Below, piece after piece: positions 38,032 to 48,572 of a DNA stretch of 61,223 nucleotides. A program made the position numbers and the translations under genes. The notes below the pieces were generated by a model that had not been told where the DNA came from, ran no database searches, and was given only the letters and a program-made list of their open reading frames with translations. How positions within the stretch are numbered: the stretch's first letter is position 1; each line of letters opens with the position of its first letter. The DNA comes from an uncultured Pseudomonadales bacterium (lineage in GTDB: Bacteria; Patescibacteriota; Microgenomatia; UBA1400; PJMF01), in assembly GCA_964620965.1 (NCBI GenBank), contig CAZUHV010000001.1:20839-82061 (forward strand), written 5' to 3'.

Positions 38032-39720
38032 TTATACCCCCAAACTAGAGATTATTTGATTTATATACTCTTGGTCTAATGGCTGAGATACTTGTTGTCC
38101 ATTTCCAGCCATAATTGGCAAATTAGTTATCAATGATTGGAGTTTAGATCTAGCAATATCTGGAGCATCATTGAACTGAGGAATTGCGGCCATGATTTGT
38201 TCCATTTCTTTCGGACTCATGTTTGCTCCAAGTAGTGCATTTTGAATTGTCGTTCTAAGTGAAGCAATATCAGATCTATAAGCTTGTTGTTCAGCACTAT
38301 TAGTCCCTAGTTTTTCTCCAATACTCCCAGCAAAACCGCTTCCAATTCCTGTTTGAATGTTTCCAGAATTTAGTTTAGTAAGGGCGTTTTGTGCTATATT
38401 TGCTGCTGCTGTATATGCCATTTGCTTCTCAGTTTGTTTTATTGGTTTTGCAGTGGCACCACCAAACATATCTGGATACAACTCTTTCATAGCAGGTTGG
38501 TTTTTAATGAAAAACTCATATTCTGCTTGATTAGTTGGGTTTCCTGTTGCCATGAACTCAGGACCTAATGATTGCATTTTTGCTAATTCATCCTGAAGTT
38601 CTTGTTGAGATACTGCAAATTGATACTGAGCCATTGCAAGGTTATCTTCTATTTCATAGATGTAATTAACTGTCTCATTGTAAGCATTGGTTAATTCTTC
38701 TGCTTTGTTGATATCATTGTTTTTGACTGCAAATTCAATTTCTCTCGCTAGATCTTCAAGTTTTTGTCTCTCTTGTAAAATAACTTGTCTAGCTTGTCTT
38801 TCTCCAGTTATAACCGCTGTTTCAATCTCTGCCAGTTTATCTGCTTTAGCCCTTAGTGTTTGTTGTGTGAATCTATTAAAATCACTGTCCGCATTTTCAG
38901 TTGCTTGTTTAAATGATCCCTCGCCATACGAGTCAATTGTTCCTAAGTTTGCAAATGTTCTCTGGGTTTGTCCCTGAGTTTCTCTTCTTGTTTGAGCCGC
39001 CTGTCTTTGAACATCTCCATAATAATCTTCTGTTTGTGATTTTTCTCTTTCTCCACCTGCAATAAGATCTGCAATCATAGCTTCAGTATCATCTTCAAAT
39101 TGACCAAATCTTTCTTGTGCAATTGGCAATGAACCTTTTAGTTGTTCATTAGCAAGATTATATTTCTCTTTAATAAATCTCTCTTTATCAGTCAAAGTAT
39201 CTTGTGCTAGATTTGATCTTTTGTCTGCTGATTTAAGCAAAAAGTCCATCATTGAAAAGCCTTGCTCTTGTGGTAATTCAACTTTTGTTATTGGCGATGG
39301 CTTCTTATAATTTGGATCAATACTCATTTGAGGACCTTTAGGAGCAACGCTCATTTGACCAGTTGATCTAGGAGTAGATATTGGTCCAGATGGCTTAGAA
39401 GCTGTAGGAAACTTTGGTGTTTGAAACATCTTGCTCAAATAGTTTTGGGTACTATAATCACTCATTTTTGGCATTTGGGTTGTTGGTTTGCTAACTTTAG
39501 TTTGTTGTTGCTTTGAAGTTGTTGGAAATTGAGGTTGTTTAGTCAAACTACTTAGATAATTCTTAGTACTATACTGACTTGCAGTCACAGCAGGTTTTGT
39601 ACTGGATTTATAAGTACTTGGGTTTGAAGCAAATACACTAGAGTATCCAGAACCTTGAATAGGTGCTTTGCTTAACTGATCTTCTGGTTTTTTCTTTGTA
39701 AATATAGACATTGTTGCCAT
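38032..39720 (-). CDS. Putative internal virion/ejection protein (disordered N-terminus plus coiled coil)
   Basis: 562 aa; S/T/P/K-rich N-terminal 150 aa with duplicated YSTxNYLS motif, then long helical region. Confidence 0.5.
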   Translation of the reverse strand: MATMSIFTKKKPEDQLSKAPIQGSGYSSVFASNPSTYKSSTKPAVTASQYSTKNYLSSLTKQPQFPTTSKQQQTKVSKPTTQMPKMSDYSTQNYLSKMFQTPKFPTASKPSGPISTPRSTGQMSVAPKGPQMSIDPNYKKPSPITKVELPQEQGFSMMDFLLKSADKRSNLAQDTLTDKERFIKEKYNLANEQLKGSLPIAQERFGQFEDDTEAMIADLIAGGEREKSQTEDYYGDVQRQAAQTRRETQGQTQRTFANLGTIDSYGEGSFKQATENADSDFNRFTQQTLRAKADKLAEIETAVITGERQARQVILQERQKLEDLAREIEFAVKNNDINKAEELTNAYNETVNYIYEIEDNLAMAQYQFAVSQQELQDELAKMQSLGPEFMATGNPTNQAEYEFFIKNQPAMKELYPDMFGGATAKPIKQTEKQMAYTAAANIAQNALTKLNSGNIQTGIGSGFAGSIGEKLGTNSAEQQAYRSDIASLRTTIQNALLGANMSPKEMEQIMAAIPQFNDAPDIARSKLQSLITNLPIMAGNGQQVSQPLDQEYINQIISSLGV

Positions 39721-39722
39721 AA

Positions 39723-42356
39723 CTATCTCCTAAATATGCTCTTAACTGCTGATGAAACTCTTGAAAATATATTGCTACTTGGTTTGCTTTGTGTACCAAC
39801 ACTTCTAGATGCAACCGACATTCTAGGAGCAACACTCATCTGTGGTGCAGGCTTTGGTGCGACTGACATTCTAGGAGCTGGTTTAGGAGCAACGCTCATT
39901 GGACCTTGAATCCTACCACCTGGTAATGACATTGGACCACTAATTCTAGGAGCTGGAGTTGGTGCCATGCTCATGTTTGGAGCTTTAGACATTTGTGGTG
40001 CAGAAGCCATACTCATTTGAGGCTTAGCAATACTCATGTTTGGACTAGAAAACTTTGGAGTTGCAAAACTCATAGGAGCTGAAGCAACACTCATTGCAGG
40101 TTTTGAAGATGAAAATATGTTTTTGCTACTAGAAGCAGGAGTTGGAGTAAAAATACTTTGAGAACCCGATGCTAGTTTTTTAATATCATTAAAGTAGTTA
40201 TTAAGTGAGGTGTTGTACTCATGAACTTGTCTATTGTAGTTATCTAGTTCGCCTCTATCATATCCCTCTTCCCAATTAATATGAGCCATAGCAGGGTATT
40301 TTTTTCTTTCCTCTGCTAAATACCTCTCTGTTGCTTCTCCAATATCTTTTGAACCTCCAAAAACACTCGTGATGTTTCCCAAATCCTTAAAAAAGTCATT
40401 GTTAAATAAATCTAGTTTTAAAGCACCACCATACAAACTTTCTGCACCTGGTTTAAGGAAGTCTTTATACATCTCAGAGCCACCCATTTTGAAAAATGAG
40501 TCTCTGATGTCGTTTTTAGCAAATTTTGCCATTGACCCAGCTGTATCCATTAGTGATGAGAATTGTCCTGCTTGACCATCTGGCTCTGCTGTTCCCTTAA
40601 CATCTCCAACAACTCTTTTTGATTCTTCTTGTTTTGGAGTGAAGACACCCTCTAGCTTGTCTATACCACCCCGACCAAGTGCCTTGACACCCTCTCCAGC
40701 TTGGGAAAATACATTTTTAATGTCTTGTGTTTTTTCTTTAGCATATTGTTCTGCACTGTCAATACCACCTCGAACATTTTGCACGATACTCTCAGGTAAT
40801 GATTTTTGTGTACCGTCATCTGCATAAGCTGGTTTTACTACTTCATCTGCAATTTGACCTGGAATCCTAAAGAGACGACTCCCAACTCTAGATGCTGTAT
40901 CTAAGCTATTTGTTATACCCCCTTTAATGTCTCCCCTTGAAAACTCAGATATTCCAGTATCAATTCTTGTTCTAGGTAATTTTTCCTCAATATTTTTACT
41001 TATTGCTAATCCTGGTGTAATTTGACCACTTACAACCTCTGATGCATACATTTCTGGTATGTTATGGTTCTGACCGAATGTTGCTACATCGTCAGAAAGC
41101 CCTTGTCTTATCGGGCTCATTGGCTGTACTGCCTCATTTACTGCCCCCAACACTTTTCCTGGAGCTTGTACCACATTAGTAACTGCATCAGTCATTGGTG
41201 TTGGTATCTGTTGTCTTGGTTGTTGAATTGATTGCTGTTGAACTGGTAATTGTTGGGCCAATGGCTGTGGATCATCTGGAGAGCTAAATAACTTACCCTG
41301 TACTAAAGTAGTAGGATTTAAGAAACCTGAAAACTGTGATGGGTTTGAAAGTCTGCCTTGTGAATCATAATACTCAAGATCTAAGTGTTCTCCCTCTGTA
41401 TTACCTGTTTGACCAGGTGTACCAAACACTTGACCTGGCTGTATTCTCATTCCAACTTGTAAACCAGCCATTTGATCCATGTGAGAAAATCTCAACATTT
41501 CTCCAGTTGATAGTCTTAAAAGCACAGAATTACCGTATCCCTGATGTCCTGATCGATCTCCCCATCTTGTGCCATCGTCATAGAAAACTTCAACAACTTC
41601 TGCACCAACTGGTAATTTATATGCTCTTTGAGAGCCTGTTAAATCTCTTGTTCTAATATCAGTACCAAAGTTGTACCCGCTTCCGGGTTCTAGACTCGGA
41701 TTATATACTCCATACTCTTGTGTTATATCTCTATCTTGTCCAAAGATACCCCGAATTAGATTGCCTAGTCCACCAGGAGTACTCGTTTGAGGTAATCCCA
41801 TTTGTTCATAAGATAGCCTTATAGATCCGTCTGAATACTCAACACCACCACTTATGTGACTTGCAACTGGTTGTGCATTAAGATCTCCTACACCTGATCT
41901 GAACGTTCCATCTGAGTAGTAAATAATTCCATCAGAAAACAAAACACCACCATCAGCGAGTTGTTCAACTCCTGTTGCCATTTGACCAGGACTGCCGATA
42001 ACAGTTCCAGGTGTTTGTGGATTAACTTGTGAATAAACCTCATTAAGATAGTCTAAAAACTCTGATGCACCTGCCTGTTGTTCTTCTACTGGATCTTCAT
42101 AAACTTCTGGCTCTGGTCTTTCAAGCGGTGTTGGCTGAGTCATACCGTTGCCATAAGCTAGTGTTGATGGTGTTTCGCTTAACCCAGTTGGATTAACAAC
42201 TCTGCCTGGTAGATACATAGGAATATTGCTTGAAGTATCTTGACCAATAAAAGTGCCAGTTCCAGTATTTCTTTTTAGTAACTCTTCTAACTGCTTAAGA
42301 TATGTTTGTGCATCTCTTGGTGCTCGTTTTGTTGGTATTTGTTGTTTTTTTGCCAT
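39723..42356 (-). CDS. Putative ejection protein with M23 peptidase-like domain
   Basis: aa ~210-340 contain NFGTD, GYGNSV, FSHM, GQ.FG..GQTGNT and GEHLDLE. C-terminal PxMS repeats. Confidence 0.7.
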   Translation of the reverse strand: MAKKQQIPTKRAPRDAQTYLKQLEELLKRNTGTGTFIGQDTSSNIPMYLPGRVVNPTGLSETPSTLAYGNGMTQPTPLERPEPEVYEDPVEEQQAGASEFLDYLNEVYSQVNPQTPGTVIGSPGQMATGVEQLADGGVLFSDGIIYYSDGTFRSGVGDLNAQPVASHISGGVEYSDGSIRLSYEQMGLPQTSTPGGLGNLIRGIFGQDRDITQEYGVYNPSLEPGSGYNFGTDIRTRDLTGSQRAYKLPVGAEVVEVFYDDGTRWGDRSGHQGYGNSVLLRLSTGEMLRFSHMDQMAGLQVGMRIQPGQVFGTPGQTGNTEGEHLDLEYYDSQGRLSNPSQFSGFLNPTTLVQGKLFSSPDDPQPLAQQLPVQQQSIQQPRQQIPTPMTDAVTNVVQAPGKVLGAVNEAVQPMSPIRQGLSDDVATFGQNHNIPEMYASEVVSGQITPGLAISKNIEEKLPRTRIDTGISEFSRGDIKGGITNSLDTASRVGSRLFRIPGQIADEVVKPAYADDGTQKSLPESIVQNVRGGIDSAEQYAKEKTQDIKNVFSQAGEGVKALGRGGIDKLEGVFTPKQEESKRVVGDVKGTAEPDGQAGQFSSLMDTAGSMAKFAKNDIRDSFFKMGGSEMYKDFLKPGAESLYGGALKLDLFNNDFFKDLGNITSVFGGSKDIGEATERYLAEERKKYPAMAHINWEEGYDRGELDNYNRQVHEYNTSLNNYFNDIKKLASGSQSIFTPTPASSSKNIFSSSKPAMSVASAPMSFATPKFSSPNMSIAKPQMSMASAPQMSKAPNMSMAPTPAPRISGPMSLPGGRIQGPMSVAPKPAPRMSVAPKPAPQMSVAPRMSVASRSVGTQSKPSSNIFSRVSSAVKSIFRR

Positions 42357-42372
42357 ATTGCCTTTTATTTAT

Positions 42373-43485
42373 TTACCACAACATAAAAAAGTTGTTAGAT
42401 CCTCCAGCAGCTATTGTCGCGTCCAGCGTTGTATCTATAGTTGGAGTTGTTGTTCCTGAAAAAGTCTTTGAATAATCAGCATGAATACGACCAACAGATC
42501 CATCGGTGTTATTAGAGTTTGCTTCGTTTCCGGTTCCTTTTGGACCATAGTTAAATACGACCTTATTTGTTCCTAAAACAATGTCTTCGCCTTTTAATAA
42601 ACATGATCCACCTGCCCCACCAGATCCAGCACGTTGTGAAACTGTAGATCCACCCTGATCGCCAGTTCCTATAATGGCTCCTGTGACAGTAATTGTTTTA
42701 CCAAAAATCATCACTGATCCAGCGCCACGACCACCAATACCATTTCCAGCAGAACTACTCGATCCACCTCCACCACCTGCTCCAGGATAAAATTGAGTAA
42801 GTGATGCAGTACCATCTGCTGTACCAACAGCCGAATTTTTTGTTTTTGTATCAGCATGACCACCACCAGCAGAATCTGCGCCAGATTTACCACCACCAGA
42901 CCCATCTGGATCAGCAGTATTTAATGCAGAAGCTAAACCAGATCCCTCTCCACAATATCCAGAATTATCTCCAGTATTACCAGCAGCACCACCAAGAAAA
43001 CCTTTACTTACAGTTGTTATTGTTCCTGCAACAGTTACTGCCCCATTACATAAAAAGGCAATAATTCCACCCTTACTTTGATCCCAAGCAGGGGCAGTCC
43101 ATGTAACTCCAGAATTAACAGTCACACTTGAATATTGAAATAGCTTCATTATCTGAGCCTGGCTTGCTCCAGAATCAGTATATGTTCTTGTAAGGTTAAA
43201 TTCCAAAGTCAGAGATGTGCTTCCCCCACCAGAAATAATCTTATTAAGCTCCCAATTTGGATTAGATCTACTTCCCCTTGTTTGAATAATTAAAACTAGA
43301 TCTCCATTAGCAAAAGTTGACGCAGAGTCCAATGTTAAAGACGTAGTATCAACAGTACCAGAACATCCGGCATTTGCTGTAGAAAATGTGGTATTCGAGG
43401 AAATAACTAGATCTCCATCTGAGCCATTCCCAAACTTATATTTCCAATTACTAGTATCATCAGATCGAAACTGTCTCTGAGCCAT
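42373..43485 (-). CDS. Gly-rich tail fibre/needle-like virion protein
   Basis: Many GxGG/GGGG repeats, in the tail module. Confidence 0.55.
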   Translation of the reverse strand: MAQRQFRSDDTSNWKYKFGNGSDGDLVISSNTTFSTANAGCSGTVDTTSLTLDSASTFANGDLVLIIQTRGSRSNPNWELNKIISGGGSTSLTLEFNLTRTYTDSGASQAQIMKLFQYSSVTVNSGVTWTAPAWDQSKGGIIAFLCNGAVTVAGTITTVSKGFLGGAAGNTGDNSGYCGEGSGLASALNTADPDGSGGGKSGADSAGGGHADTKTKNSAVGTADGTASLTQFYPGAGGGGGSSSSAGNGIGGRGAGSVMIFGKTITVTGAIIGTGDQGGSTVSQRAGSGGAGGSCLLKGEDIVLGTNKVVFNYGPKGTGNEANSNNTDGSVGRIHADYSKTFSGTTTPTIDTTLDATIAAGGSNNFFMLW

Positions 43486-43488
43486 GTT

Positions 43489-44232
43489 CTAGCTCTCCTC
43501 TCCGGTAGCTAATAACTCCCACTTCACAGCTTCTGAGTTGTACACAAAAAGGCAATATAGTGTTTTACTTATAGTTGTTGCACTTGGTAAGTCAGCGAGT
43601 GTTCCGTCATAAATAGCGTTCCAAGTTAAAGCCCTTGATGTTCCATCATCGAGAACTCTAATCAAAAGTTTGTTTCCATTTGAAGGAGTACCACTAGGTG
43701 CTTGAAATTCGGCTGCTCCTGCTAATGCGGTTACATAATATTCATTGTTTTTTCTATCTCCTGTTGGATTTGGTGTAGTATCAGAAGTATCTGTTACAGC
43801 ATTGCCAACATATGATGCTGTGATTAATTCGGTTGCAGGAGTTGATAGAGAACTCGTAAGTGCTACTGTTGAAGTAACTGCATTTGTTGCTGAACCACCA
43901 ATACTTAGAGCAGTTGCAAGTTGATTTATATGACTTTCTGATAGAGGAAATGCTACAGCAACTTGATTAGCATGTGTTTTTGCAGTAAAACCCTCTGCCC
44001 CTCTTGTAACACCTTGAAGCTCATTTGATCCATCTATCGAAGTATAAGTAATCCATTCTGCATTACTTGTGTTTAGTGGCTCTGAATAACTTAAACAAGC
44101 AATACCAGGCTTTGTAATGTCTACACCTGTAACATCAAGTAATACTATTCCTGTTGTTTGCGATGCATCTATGCCACCACCGACATTAAGATTTGTTGTA
44201 AAATATTGGTTTAAAAAATATGCGTTTGCCAT
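43489..44232 (-). CDS. Phage tail-associated structural protein
   Basis: EWITYT...GVTRGAEG.TA..HA motif typical of tail proteins; C-terminal 'RALTWNAIY...KWELLA'. Confidence 0.55.
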   Translation of the reverse strand: MANAYFLNQYFTTNLNVGGGIDASQTTGIVLLDVTGVDITKPGIACLSYSEPLNTSNAEWITYTSIDGSNELQGVTRGAEGFTAKTHANQVAVAFPLSESHINQLATALSIGGSATNAVTSTVALTSSLSTPATELITASYVGNAVTDTSDTTPNPTGDRKNNEYYVTALAGAAEFQAPSGTPSNGNKLLIRVLDDGTSRALTWNAIYDGTLADLPSATTISKTLYCLFVYNSEAVKWELLATGEES

Positions 44233-44252
44233 AGCTTCATTGTTCCAAAAAA

Positions 44253-46181
44253 TTAAATATATGTTACTGTCGACTGATCTAGTCTTCTCCCTGATAAAAT
44301 TGTGTAATTTGTTGCAAGAGATAGGAATTTGTATCTAGCGTTAATACTGCTTGACCTAAATCGATATTTAATAGATCTGGCTATACTTATTGAATAAATT
44401 TGGACTGGTAAATCAGAAGATACCGTTGCATCTAGATTCGTTCCATTTGGTGCGTCTCCTGGTAAGTGATAACCAACTAACATGGCACCAACTCCAGCTC
44501 CACCAGTTGTTTGCTGGTTAATTGTAAATAGCGAAGTAACTTCTGTGCCGTCTAAGATCATGTCTCCACTCAAAGCTCCAGAAGTTGAAACATTTTTAAA
44601 CTGAAAAAGAGGATCTATATATTTTTTCTCTTTAAAGAAGGTTTTTTGATTAAATGCTTTCGTAGCCCATTCAACATCAATAGCAGTATTAGAATCATTC
44701 CTACTATCAACAAACATTTGTTTAACATAACCACTGGATGCGTCTGAAAAATATAGTTTTTCTGATCCATCATCATCAACATATGTTGCAAAATTATCTG
44801 GTGTTATTCCTTCCCAATATACCCAAGCACCAAAGCGAGTATCTAAACACCAAATGCGGTCATTTACGCTAGAACTTGAAGTTGGTATTGCACAGCCATA
44901 GACATTATTAAAATAAAAAGCAGCTGAGTTGTTTAATTCAGCAGTATTTACATTTGATAATCTTGAGGCAATTTTTATGCTTAATTCATTTGTTCTTAAG
45001 ACAGTAGATGCATAGTTTTCTTGATTTCCAAGTGAATAAAAAGCAAGTCTACCGTCTTTTTTAGCAGGAAAAATAATGTCATTTTCAACGTGCTTTATTC
45101 CTCTGTATGAAATACCACCAAAAGATCTTGTTATTTCTTCTAATCTTTGTAATCCAGCATCTGTAAAGCTAAATTTATAGATAGCATTATCTTTCCAGAT
45201 AATTACTCCACCCTGAAATGGTTTTATAGCTCTAATAATGGCTCCATCATTTTTGAAGATATCTACACCACCGCCACCAACACTAGATCCTGAAAAATTA
45301 CCTATATTCTCTCCTACACCACCAAAATATAGCCTTGATGGGTTCGCAGGATCTCCTGCCGCAAATATTCTTGATATAGCAAATTCTGCCATCGTTGACT
45401 TTATACCAGCTGTTGTATTTGCTTCTGGAGGAAGTAGTGAAAGACTTGGATCATCTTGACCCTTATCATCATAGGTAGTAACACCATAAACGGTACCCAT
45501 GTAGGTTTCTCCAAGTCCTGTTGCAAACCTGCCCCAGATGTTATACCCAGTAGCTCCAGAAACAGCATCCCAAGTTAATCTATTAAAATTAGTTGCACTT
45601 AGTGTTGCGTTACCATCAGTCATTTGTACTGACGCACAAGCAAGGGTTTCTCCTGTTGAGTTAAAAGCAGATACTCTATATGAGTATGTTGTTGTTCCTG
45701 CTGAACCTTGTTCAGCTAAAACAAGGTTTGTTGGTGTTGTGAGTGCTGAATATGTTGTGATTGTCGTACCGTCATATTTCCATAAAGAATTAACTCCATT
45801 AAAACCAAAAATAGTATCTCTTGCCTGGACAAAATTCATTTTGGCTTCATCATCAAATGTTGTTGAGCCAATGTCTGTTGGTACACCACTAACATATTTT
45901 TGAAGTTTGTCATTTACACCATCTGCAAACCTTAAAAACTGTCTTGTACCGTCTGATTTATAAAATCCAGTAAGCCCTAAGACCTTAGTACCACTTTCAC
46001 TACCGTAGTTACTCGTTCCTGGTCTTGGTTCAATTCCATCAACAGAAAGCAAGATATTCTTAGCTTCTGTTAATTCGCCATCTTTAATGACAGTTTCATC
46101 TTGAAAAGTGTTTAAACCACCTAAAAAAGTTGTCACAACTTCCGTATCGATTTTGTTGTTTTTCCCTTGACTTATTTTCAT
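44253..46181 (-). CDS. Tail nozzle/DNA-stabilisation protein (P22 gp10 / T7 gp12-like)
   Basis: FLGGLN start, KNILLSVDGIEPRPG, beta-propeller-like repeats, and an FnIII-like insert (TPTNL...YSYRVSAFN). Confidence 0.65.
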   Translation of the reverse strand: MKISQGKNNKIDTEVVTTFLGGLNTFQDETVIKDGELTEAKNILLSVDGIEPRPGTSNYGSESGTKVLGLTGFYKSDGTRQFLRFADGVNDKLQKYVSGVPTDIGSTTFDDEAKMNFVQARDTIFGFNGVNSLWKYDGTTITTYSALTTPTNLVLAEQGSAGTTTYSYRVSAFNSTGETLACASVQMTDGNATLSATNFNRLTWDAVSGATGYNIWGRFATGLGETYMGTVYGVTTYDDKGQDDPSLSLLPPEANTTAGIKSTMAEFAISRIFAAGDPANPSRLYFGGVGENIGNFSGSSVGGGGVDIFKNDGAIIRAIKPFQGGVIIWKDNAIYKFSFTDAGLQRLEEITRSFGGISYRGIKHVENDIIFPAKKDGRLAFYSLGNQENYASTVLRTNELSIKIASRLSNVNTAELNNSAAFYFNNVYGCAIPTSSSSVNDRIWCLDTRFGAWVYWEGITPDNFATYVDDDGSEKLYFSDASSGYVKQMFVDSRNDSNTAIDVEWATKAFNQKTFFKEKKYIDPLFQFKNVSTSGALSGDMILDGTEVTSLFTINQQTTGGAGVGAMLVGYHLPGDAPNGTNLDATVSSDLPVQIYSISIARSIKYRFRSSSINARYKFLSLATNYTILSGRRLDQSTVTYI

Positions 46182-46183
46182 TG

Positions 46184-47053
46184 CTAGTAATCCAAGATAT
46201 TAGTGTTAGAAAGTAAACGCTTATTATTTTCTATATCTAAATCCTGAATTAACTCGTTGAACTCATCAAAACCATCTCCTGCACTACCTCGCTCAGAGTC
46301 TCTTAAATCAACTCTGGCTTTCACGTAGGAAACAAAAGCCTCAAAAAATAAATCAGGAATTAGTAAAACATCTGTCAGAGAGGTCAAAACCTCTGGTAGT
46401 TTATAAAAGTTGTATACAACATCTCTCTTTACAACTGTCATTGTTCCAGTTGCGGGAGTAGTTGGAGTAGCTGTAGTTATAAACGTAAAAGTTGTGCTAC
46501 TAGGAACACTATATATTCTCTGCTCTCCGTTATAATCAGATTGATCTGAACCTGTTACAGTAACCCAATCATCAACAACATATCCATGTTCACTTGCTGT
46601 TGTTACAGTTACTGTTGAACCAGTCCTAGTGATACTAGAAACACTAATTGAACTTGGAACAGTAGTTGTTGGGGGAATTAGTCTTAATTCTCTTTCTCCA
46701 TAAATAAAGTATGATGGACTGCCATTAGTTGTATTTGGTCTATATCCTGCATAAATAGAATTGTAGCTAACAGCTTGTTCATGCTGGGTAATCGGCCTAA
46801 CAATACGCCCATTGATGCGAACATCAATCATTGCCCTAAATGTAGAATCTAGGGTATATCTTTCCTGATCTGCAACTGTTGTGAGTGACTTTGTGTCTTG
46901 AGTAAACCAATAGAAATTTTTACGAATGACAGCTCTTTGAGCGTCAGAACAGAAGCTAATCCATCTAGAACGCTCAGTTGAATTAGTTGGTACTGAATTG
47001 TAGCCCATTCTATAGGCTACAGTTTGTAGTGCGTCATTTACTGTAAAAGACAT
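46184..47053 (-). CDS. Head-to-tail adaptor with an inserted beta domain
   Basis: Helical ends (WISFCSDAQR; LLIPDLFFEAFVSYVKA) flanking 'TVADQERYTL'. Thr/Ser-rich insert. Confidence 0.6.
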   Translation of the reverse strand: MSFTVNDALQTVAYRMGYNSVPTNSTERSRWISFCSDAQRAVIRKNFYWFTQDTKSLTTVADQERYTLDSTFRAMIDVRINGRIVRPITQHEQAVSYNSIYAGYRPNTTNGSPSYFIYGERELRLIPPTTTVPSSISVSSITRTGSTVTVTTASEHGYVVDDWVTVTGSDQSDYNGEQRIYSVPSSTTFTFITTATPTTPATGTMTVVKRDVVYNFYKLPEVLTSLTDVLLIPDLFFEAFVSYVKARVDLRDSERGSAGDGFDEFNELIQDLDIENNKRLLSNTNILDY

Positions 47054-47055
47054 TA

Positions 47056-47502
47056 CTATACCCTAAATAATTGATTAGTAAGCTCTTTCTTAATTTCATC
47101 CCTATAAACTTCTTCTCGTTTAGATAAAGCAAGTTCCCTCTTACCAAGTTCTTGCAGATTAAGTTCTGATAGTTTTTTATCCTCATCAGCTTGTTTTGCA
47201 ATCTTTTCAAGAGCTTTCCTCTCATCAGCTTGTGCTTTGAGAGCTTCAGAAAGTTCTTTATCTTGTCTTATTTTTGAGAATTTTTGGTCTACCTCGCTCT
47301 TTAAGGTTAAAAATTGAGCTTTTTCTTTTTCAAGTGATGCTCTTTCCTCTTCGATCTGCAATCTTTCTGAAGCATTACGATCACGCACAGCTTCTAACTC
47401 TTCTTTAAGCGTCAAAAGCCCTGCTTCTCGGCTATTAAGCTCGTTATCAATGAGTTGTACAAAGTCTGCTACGGTTTGTTTTTGCGGTGTATTTTTCTTC
47501 AT
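47056..47502 (-). CDS. Coiled-coil phage protein
   Basis: E/K/L-rich heptads. Confidence 0.6.
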   Translation of the reverse strand: MKKNTPQKQTVADFVQLIDNELNSREAGLLTLKEELEAVRDRNASERLQIEEERASLEKEKAQFLTLKSEVDQKFSKIRQDKELSEALKAQADERKALEKIAKQADEDKKLSELNLQELGKRELALSKREEVYRDEIKKELTNQLFRV

Positions 47503-47537
47503 ACCCTCATTGTATGAAGTTAAAAAATTATTGTTAC

Positions 47538-48572
47538 TTATTTAAATCTTTGGAAATAATCGTGATATTTTTTACCAATAGTCTCTAGTGAATATAGGTT
47601 TTTAGCTCTATTTGAGATATATTTACTGTCAAGGTCTTTTAATTTATCAACATAACCTGCAAATTCTGTATAATTATTAGCTCTAAAACCTGTTTTTTCA
47701 TGTTCTACGGTTTCAAAGTAACAACCCCAGTTTGTCGTGATACTTGGAGTTCCACAAAGAGCAGCTTCAACTACAACACCTCCAAATGGCTCTAAATACA
47801 TAGTTGGAGAAAGAAGTGCTTTTGCTTTACCTATTAAATCAGCTTTTTTGGCACCATCTACATAACCTACCCACTCAATATTTTGACCACTTACTTCTCT
47901 TGCTCCTGCAACCTTTATTTTATGTCCCTGAGAAGCTAATATTTGTATCCAAGCTAAACCCTTTGATGGAATAGGTCTGCCCATAAATAATAGATAATCC
48001 TCTTTTTTGGTAACCAAAGGAAATTTATCAGGATCATAGTAGTTAGGAATAACAACATCATTCATGTATCCATGATCTGGAATACGATTGTTTCCATAAC
48101 AGTAATTACGCCATCCCTCTGACTCAAAAACACGATATGGCGCTAGTACCGTAGGATACCCGATACCATATTCTATAATCTTTGCTTCCGGAAACTCTCT
48201 TTGAATTGGTTTGTAGTAAATAGGACTAGAGATCAAAATTAAATCTTCACTCGAGTAATTCTTTTTAAGGTTTTTAATTACATTTTTAATAAAAAATCTC
48301 CAAATTGGTAATGAATCATCAAATGGAATTTGATAATATCTGCCTTTTTGATACCATTCATACTCAGAAAGAAAGTAGTTTTGTTGTTCTTGTGTAATAC
48401 ATGTCACTAACTCAGCATCAGAATCATTCTTGTTTGATCCATAAATCAGTGTTTTATACCCAAATGGCTTCATCATCTTTGGAAAATCTCTTACCTTACG
48501 TGTAAAAGCACACTGGTCATATCCTGAATTAATTGTTGATGTATGGGGTAAAGAAATCAAATGTAGCTTCAT
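47538..48572 (-). CDS. GT-B glycosyltransferase (GT4-like)
   Basis: IPNYYD, FMGRPIPSKG, SPTMYLEPFGGVVVEAALCGTP and EHEKTGF motifs. Confidence 0.92.
   Translation of the reverse strand: MKLHLISLPHTSTINSGYDQCAFTRKVRDFPKMMKPFGYKTLIYGSNKNDSDAELVTCITQEQQNYFLSEYEWYQKGRYYQIPFDDSLPIWRFFIKNVIKNLKKNYSSEDLILISSPIYYKPIQREFPEAKIIEYGIGYPTVLAPYRVFESEGWRNYCYGNNRIPDHGYMNDVVIPNYYDPDKFPLVTKKEDYLLFMGRPIPSKGLAWIQILASQGHKIKVAGAREVSGQNIEWVGYVDGAKKADLIGKAKALLSPTMYLEPFGGVVVEAALCGTPSITTNWGCYFETVEHEKTGFRANNYTEFAGYVDKLKDLDSKYISNRAKNLYSLETIGKKYHDYFQRFK

Noticed and set aside
32590-43485. Diversity-generating retroelement targeting the fibre or LamG genes
   Set aside because: No reverse transcriptase and no TR/VR pair differing at adenines is visible in the window.
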